A stretch of DNA of 64,000 nucleotides, from positions 35,377 through 99,376 of the IMG/VR virus record IMGVR_UViG_3300025929_000015; one strand, 5' to 3'. Positions 58,190 to 64,000 of the stretch are shown piece by piece (the first letter of the stretch is position 1; every line of letters starts with the position of its first letter). The stretch is from a virus. A program made the translations under genes and the position numbers. The notes under the pieces were generated by a model that worked only from the letters and a program-made list of their open reading frames with translations, was not told where the DNA came from and made no database searches.

Positions 58190-58292
58190 TCCTGGCAAGC
58201 AGAACGCACCCGGCCGCCGTATGGCCCATGGGATCCCCGGGGACGGAATCCGCTATGGGTATGGGCGGCCGGGTGCGCTCTTCCCGGCAGGA
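58190..58292 (-). repeat. Family-A element, copy 7 (expanded loop)
   Basis: Same ends; about 43 extra nt in the distal part. Confidence 0.8.
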
Positions 58293-58493
58293 TTACTTGA
58301 TGACGCAGACCTGCGTCTGGTTCCGGTACCGGATGTTGAGCTGCACGTCGGCGGGCTTGTCGTCCTTGTTGACATACCCGCCGGCGCCGATGCCCACGGT
58401 CAGGAACTCCTTGCCCTCCACCCACGCGGCCAGGACTTCCTTCTTGGATTTGTAGTCACGCCCGTACGCCGGGACCGCGCTGATGAACATCAT
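58293..58493 (-). CDS. Hypothetical phage protein
   Basis: PAYGRDYKSKKEVLAAW..GKEF. Confidence 0.7.
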   Translation of the reverse strand: MMFISAVPAYGRDYKSKKEVLAAWVEGKEFLTVGIGAGGYVNKDDKPADVQLNIRYRNQTQVCVIK

Positions 58494-58650
58494 TCCCTCC
58501 TTGCTGCGCCACGCTGGCACACAACACCGCCGCCCGCATGCGGGCGGCGGTGCAATGCGTCGCGGTGCTAGGTTCGCGCTAGTTCATTCGTGAACGGGCA
58601 GCAGCGCCCGCGCCCCGCCCGGCGCACCGGGCGGGGCCGCGGGCCCGCTG

Positions 58651-58902
58651 CTACCTCTTGCTGGCACCCTGCCCGTCGGCGGACAGGTCCGCCGCCATGT
58701 GCGCGGTGGTCAGGTTGTCCAGCATGGTGGCCACGGTCTTCCAGATCGGGGCCTGGCTGGTGCCCTCGGCGGCGTCGGCGAACTTGAGCGCGGCGATGAT
58801 CTCCGGCAGCTGCTTGACGTCGTTGACGGACTCCAGCGTCCTGGTGAGCGCGCCCAGCAGGATGTGCGCGGGGCGGGTCTTCTCGCTGTTGGTCTCGGAC
58901 AT
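58651..58902 (-). CDS. Hypothetical protein
   Basis: RBS AAGGAG. Confidence 0.65.
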   Translation of the reverse strand: MSETNSEKTRPAHILLGALTRTLESVNDVKQLPEIIAALKFADAAEGTSQAPIWKTVATMLDNLTTAHMAADLSADGQGASKR

Positions 58903-60444
58903 GGTGACTCCTTTGTTGGCCGGGTCCGTTGGGAAACCTTGTTTTCCCTGGACACGCCAGCAGCCCCAGACCTGCGGGTCTGGGGCTGCTGGTGAATCGA
59001 GGGCTAGGATCAGCCTTACGTCAGGAATCCGCGCTCACGCAGTCGCGCCTCATAAGGAGCCGCGGGGTAATCACCAGATCAGTCGCTCCGCGCACTCAGC
59101 GCAGGCATAGAAGACCTCTCCCTCTCCCTCAGGGTCCGGGAGCGTGACGGTCGGTTCGGCCCCGCACCTGCATACGAGTGCGGATTCGACCAGCACACCG
59201 ACGTAGCGTACGTCTTCCACCATGTGCTCTATGGTGTCGATTCGGATGAGCGGATGAAGTTCACTCATAGGATCAGCCTTTCTGGACCGTGACCGGAATC
59301 CCTTCCTCCGACGAGATACGCAAGGACAGTTCGCTGCCCTGCGCGATCCATCCGTCGAGCGTGAGCGTGTCCCAGTCGGGATAGTCCACAGTGAGCGTGT
59401 ATCCGCCAGCCTCACGGATCACGAAGCCCGCCTCGTCCAGCGCCGCGATCAGCTCCGCCGCCGTCTCCTCCGGGTCACAGCAATGCTGCGCCCGCTTCCA
59501 GTACGCGGTCAGCGCCGCGCGGACCCTCTCGTCCATGATTGCCTTCCTGGCCTGCCGATGCGGCAGAACCGCGGCGCGCCCCACACTGAGTTGGGGCGCC
59601 CCGCCGCTTGCCGCAGCGAGATCTTGCACAAACGGGCCGGACCCCGGGGCACGCACGGCGGCCACGGTCCGACCGCCCGCGGAAACCGTGTTGGGCCGGC
59701 CCCGGGGTCCGGCGGCTCATCGCATCTTGTGCAGGATGCAGGCCAAGATGACAGCGATACTAGCCAGGCTCACCGCGCAGCTGGCGACGCAGGCCGCGAT
59801 GAGGTCCAGCGCGCCGGTCACGACAGCTTCCAGAACTTGAAGCCGTCCCGCCTCAGCCTAGGTGCGCACTGAGTCGCGTGATGCGCGCACAACCGGATCT
59901 CCTGCCGTCCCCGCATCTCCCGCACCGCCACGCACACCGCGGTCTCCGCCCCGGACGCCGCGCCGTCACAGCCCCGCAGGAAACGGCTCTCCGCTTCCCG
60001 GGATGTCTCGTAAACCTGGGTCCTTTCCATCACGTCACCTCCTGGCAATCCGCGCCGCACCGGCGGCACGTGCGATGGTCAATCGTCCACGCCATCACGA
60101 TGACGACGTGGGAATCGTGCACGGCATCCTTGCCGCACACCGACGCACCGGGAATCCCGGTGCACGTCTCGTTCAGCTCCCCGTACCCGGTCCGCTCGGG
60201 GTCGCGGCGCAGGAACGCGCCGCACCCGCAGCGCGGGTAGAACGGGTCCCCCGGGAACGGCAGCTCCTGCTCCTCGGGCCACGCTGGCGGCCACGTCATG
60301 ACACCGCCACGACCTTCAGGACCATCCACACGACGTGGAGGAGAACCGCGCACAGGATGTACCCCGTGGCGACCATCCGCAGGCTATGCGGCCAGGACCC
60401 GGGCAGGATCCCGTACACCGCCCAGATCACCCGCTCGAGGTGCC

Positions 60445-60891
60445 TCATGACGCCACCTGTCCTTCCGCGGCAGCGCGGCGCCGCAGCTCCGCGCTGATCA
60501 TCCGCACATACCAGCGGTCCGCCGCGACCTGCGCCGTAACTTCCGCCGGGGGCACCCGCTGCGCCCGCTGCGCCTGCGCGTACTCCGGGCGCAGCCGGAA
60601 CTGGTGCAGTGCCAGCCGGGTCCGCAGCTCCTGGATATCCAGCGTGGCATGCTCCCGCCACAGCTGCACCCGGATCAGCGCCACCTTGTGCGCTTGCTTG
60701 CGCGCGTTCTCGTACTGAATCGACGCGGACCGCTGCTGCATCGCCGCGATCCCCGCCGCGCGCCGCACCGCCTTGTCGAAATCGGACCGCGCCTTACGGA
60801 CCTGCGCATCCCGGCGCTGCGCCGCGTCGGCCAGGTTATACACCACCGCGTCATTCATCGCCGCCACCTCCCAATTCGTTTCGTCGTTCAC
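60445..60891 (-). CDS. Hypothetical helical protein
   Basis: Coupled ORF. Confidence 0.6.
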   Translation of the reverse strand: MNDETNWEVAAMNDAVVYNLADAAQRRDAQVRKARSDFDKAVRRAAGIAAMQQRSASIQYENARKQAHKVALIRVQLWREHATLDIQELRTRLALHQFRLRPEYAQAQRAQRVPPAEVTAQVAADRWYVRMISAELRRRAAAEGQVAS

Positions 60892-60943
60892 GGATACTTG
60901 GCACCGTGCCCGCGTGCGATCTTCCGCCCGCGGGCACGGTTAG

Positions 60944-61007
60944 CGGCGCTGGCCGGAATCGAACCGGCACGGGCTATCATCCGCTGGCACACCAGACCAG
61001 CAGCGCC
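60944..61007 (-). ncRNA. tRNA-like mini element
   Basis: GGCGCTG/CAGCGCC acceptor; GCCGG-TTCGATT-CCGGC T arm; reduced D and anticodon arms. Confidence 0.65.
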
Positions 61008-61261
61008 ACGGTCCCGCCCACGCGGGACATTCACCTCAGGGTTTCTCCGGCTTTTCCTTCGCGGCCGCGGCCTTACGCTCCGCCTGCTGCCGGGCCAGCT
61101 CCTCCGCGGCGGCCCTGCGGGCGTCGTTGTCGAGCTGCACCATTTTCCCGGCCGCGGCCCGGGCCCGGCTGTCCGCAGCGACCGCCTTGGTATTCTTGCC
61201 GCTGGCCGCGCTGGTCTTAGGCTCTTTCTTGGGCTCTTTCTTCCGTGCCACCGGCTCTCCT

Positions 61262-61510
61262 CTACTGTCCGTAGTCCGGGTCCAGCACCCATGCGCCGTT
61301 CGCGCACACGTACACCCCGGTGTCATACCGTTCGGCGTCGCCATCCGGCACGGACCTGTACGCCCCGCCGTTCAGCGGCGCGATGCACGACGCCGGGATC
61401 ACCGGGCCATGATGGCCCGCGTCCGCGACCGCCGCACCCGCGCCCGCACCCGCGGACGCGATGATCAGCGCCGCACCCGCAACAGCGGCGCACCGCGCGT
61501 ATTTCCGCAT
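61262..61510 (-). CDS. Small secreted protein
   Basis: Signal peptide; two Cys in the mature part. Confidence 0.6.
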   Translation of the reverse strand: MRKYARCAAVAGAALIIASAGAGAGAAVADAGHHGPVIPASCIAPLNGGAYRSVPDGDAERYDTGVYVCANGAWVLDPDYGQ

Positions 61511-62598
61511 TGCCCTGCCTCCTCGGATTCTGGGCGGCGCCGCCTAGTGACGGTCAGCGGCGCCTGTTTGCCCCGTGCCTCTCGGGTCACCACGGGGGAT
61601 GCGGAAAGCGTGACCTTACGGTCACCTCCGCTACTGGCAAGTCGGCCAGCACCGGGTCGCCACGTGCGAGACGTGACGCCCGGAACCGGGAAACTACGGA
61701 TTACGAGCACGGCAGGCAGATCCCCGGCCCGCCGCACCTCGCAGGATCATGCACGACGCGCCGCCTAGCGTTAGGCGGCGGCGGCGGGACATGCAAGACC
61801 AGGTTGATTAGCGCACCCGCGCCGCGATGCGCACACGAATCATCGACGCTGACACAGCAGCGGCGGCGGTACGGAAACTCACGCTCGACGGGATCACGTT
61901 TGTCGTGACGATCGGTCCGGCTCACCGGAAACCATCTCCTCTCGGGTCATCATTTAGCGCACACCAGCAGGGACACCCGGTGAGCGCGCACGAACGGCAC
62001 TCGGGACAGTGCGCGTCACGGCCACCGCCGCAGTTGCGGCAGTGGCCGGTGCTCAGGTTCATGGACATGCCAGGATGGCGGACACGCGACGACGCGATAC
62101 GCGCAGCGCGATGTCCCCGCACGGCCGGACAGACACGACGTCACACATCGGACCCGGACCCGGTCCCTGTGTACGCATACCCGCGACGGTGGATCAATTC
62201 CGCCGTAATCAGTGCCAGCGCACGACGCGTCATGCGACGTGATTCCGCACGGAATCACAATCCAGCGTGCGAGCTAGCTCGCCATACCGTGACACTAGCT
62301 GACCAACTGACATATCAGGGAACATCGGAACACACCTCCATCGGGAATGTGGAACGCTGGCCACATGCCAGCGAACGGGAATCACGCGCTGGCCAGGATT
62401 GGCCAGCGTTTCGGATCACGCCATATCGCGCTTGCACGCTGGCCAGGATCAAACGGCAACGCTGGCCAGCGTGCGAACGGGACATGCGAAAAATCCCCGT
62501 CCCTGGCCAGCGTGCCAGGGACGGGGATTCCGCGACGCAAAGCATCCCCCATCACTGTCCAGTGCTGGCCAGCGATGGGGGATGCTTTGCCGTAGGGA

Positions 62599-63042
62599 CT
62601 ACGCCACGGGGAGCGTAGGTGTCATGTTGGCGATGATTCCGCCGATTACTTCAAAGTCACGTGCTGTGGTGATGTTCGCACCCTTGGCAGCCGTGTCAGC
62701 TAGGCCGACCATTTGCAGGATGGCGGCGCGGAATTTCGCGTCGTCATCAGCGAACGCTGCGTCGGCTGACACCATGTACTTGACCATGGTGGCCACGAAC
62801 TGATGAGGCGCGTTTGGCTTCTCACCATGAAGGAGCTTGTCGGCCGCGCGCTGGCGTGCAGCCTCTTCCCTCTTGGCCTTCTTGGCAGCCTCGACGATCG
62901 CTGTCGCTTGTGCGAGCATCTCCTCGTCATTCATGTTGCCGTTCAGCGTAACGGTACCGTTGTTGTCGTTTTCCTTGACGTTGGCGTCTGTCGCCATGAT
63001 GATCACTCCGTTTGATCGGATTCGTTCGTTGGCAGTTGCCAA
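62599..63042 (-). CDS. Hypothetical protein (probably early)
   Basis: Long ORF; alternative start after GGAG at about 62997. Confidence 0.7.
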   Translation of the reverse strand: MATANERIRSNGVIIMATDANVKENDNNGTVTLNGNMNDEEMLAQATAIVEAAKKAKREEAARQRAADKLLHGEKPNAPHQFVATMVKYMVSADAAFADDDAKFRAAILQMVGLADTAAKGANITTARDFEVIGGIIANMTPTLPVA

Positions 63043-63263
63043 CGTGGGGAATCACGTAACAGGTACGTGACGTGAATCCCCATGTCGGAAGCTACTAGGC
63101 GGAAAGGTGAGTGTGAGCAATCATGACCACTTCACCCAATCTGGGAAATCGATGTGGACGGCTGGTGATGGCACGCTACGGTGGATCATCGGTCGCTTGC
63201 TGCCAGCAAGCGCGTCATGTGGCCCAACGTTGCGCATCACGCTACGGGGTTGGTCGTGCTCAT

Positions 63264-63611
63264 CTAGATCGACGTAGACGGATGGGCGGACACCTTCCCG
63301 TATACCCTTTTCGGCATACAACGCGCCCATTGCCGTGACTGATGGGTGCTAAACGGACGTTGTTCGATCATCCGCGCCCATGCCTGCCATGAGAAGAAAG
63401 CATGTTCCTCTGCGCGCCACACACGGTAGGGACGGTAACACCTGTGCGTCTGATGTGGGGTTGGCTTGTCTCCGAACCGTGCCACTACGTCGACGCATCC
63501 GCACGGGGTTGGAACCTTGTCCCTGGCCACCAGACGCGCTAGCGCGTCCGATATGCCGTATGCCTCTGTGTCGACGTCGCGCTCCACGCGCGTGTCGTCT
63601 GATGTGTCCAC
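63264..63611 (-). CDS. Hypothetical protein, first gene of the leftward unit
   Basis: RBS GGGAGG; TGATACGAT -10 at about 63646-63655. Confidence 0.55.
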   Translation of the reverse strand: MDTSDDTRVERDVDTEAYGISDALARLVARDKVPTPCGCVDVVARFGDKPTPHQTHRCYRPYRVWRAEEHAFFSWQAWARMIEQRPFSTHQSRQWARCMPKRVYGKVSAHPSTSI

Positions 63612-64000
63612 TTTCCACCTCCCGTTTCGCTCTCTGAACTACTCCAATCGTATCATGCCGTCCGTTGCCGTCCGTTTTGGCTGGTCACAGAGGTGCCTAC
63701 TCGTTAGGTCGGCTAACGATACAACGCTCTGACCAGGCACTATGCCTATTCATCCGAGCAGCGCTAGACAATGGTGACACAGTGACGCATGTGAGAGTGA
63801 CAACCATCTCACCTTTGGGCCACACATGTCTCACCTCCAGGCCAGGCACATGCACGACAGTTGCCGACCCTGGCAGACACTGACCATGGTGCTAGGCCCC
63901 TCCACCATCCGTGCCCATGGTCAACCACAGCCATGGTCACTCAACCATGGTCGACCACTAGGTGACGCTCCGTCACCAGCTGGCGAGGCCGGCCGTCACA

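Noticed and set aside
23962-58292. Classical integron attC sites
   Set aside because: No RYYYAAC/GTTRRRY cores and no integron integrase in the window; kept only as an analogy
58989-59078. Hammerhead ribozyme
   Set aside because: No CUGANGA...GAAA core on either strand
62340-62580. CRISPR mini-array
   Set aside because: Repeats are only 8-9 bp and irregularly spaced
1-64000. Stop-codon reassignment or DGR/retron
   Set aside because: Recognised genes end at standard stops and no reverse transcriptase motif was seen

Overview
High-GC (about 70%) window that reads as part of a large actinobacteriophage genome or phage-derived element. No capsid, terminase, tail or integrase genes were recognised in it. 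Left part (1-6.4 kb): the end of a PLD-like gene, an Arc-like repressor, an HNH nuclease and a cluster of cell-wall and glycan enzymes (C1 peptidase, LysM-lytic transglycosylase, NlpC/P60, GH12, GH5). Middle (7-19 kb): regulators and a replication/recombination module (MazG-like, SLOG, primase-helicase, initiator with internal iterons, initiator tRNA-Met plus HNH, PD-(D/E)XK exonuclease, RecT-like protein). From about 20 kb to the right end: a long minus-strand accessory region of many small genes. It includes GT2+GH16, AAA+vWA, a LAGLIDADG-like protein, DUF397, Lsr2-like, ParB, Ku, DUF4192, a flavoprotein, SprT-like and many Cys-rich microproteins, and is interrupted by isolated plus-strand genes. 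The strongest unexplained signal is a set of repeated, sequence-conserved intergenic hairpin families lying between the stop of one gene and the RBS of the next (7 copies of a roughly 59-nt element plus three smaller families). Other notable items are a tRNA-like mini-RNA, a possible antitoxin mimic and a diGly-terminated small protein module. All calls come from manual motif reading; no database searches were run.
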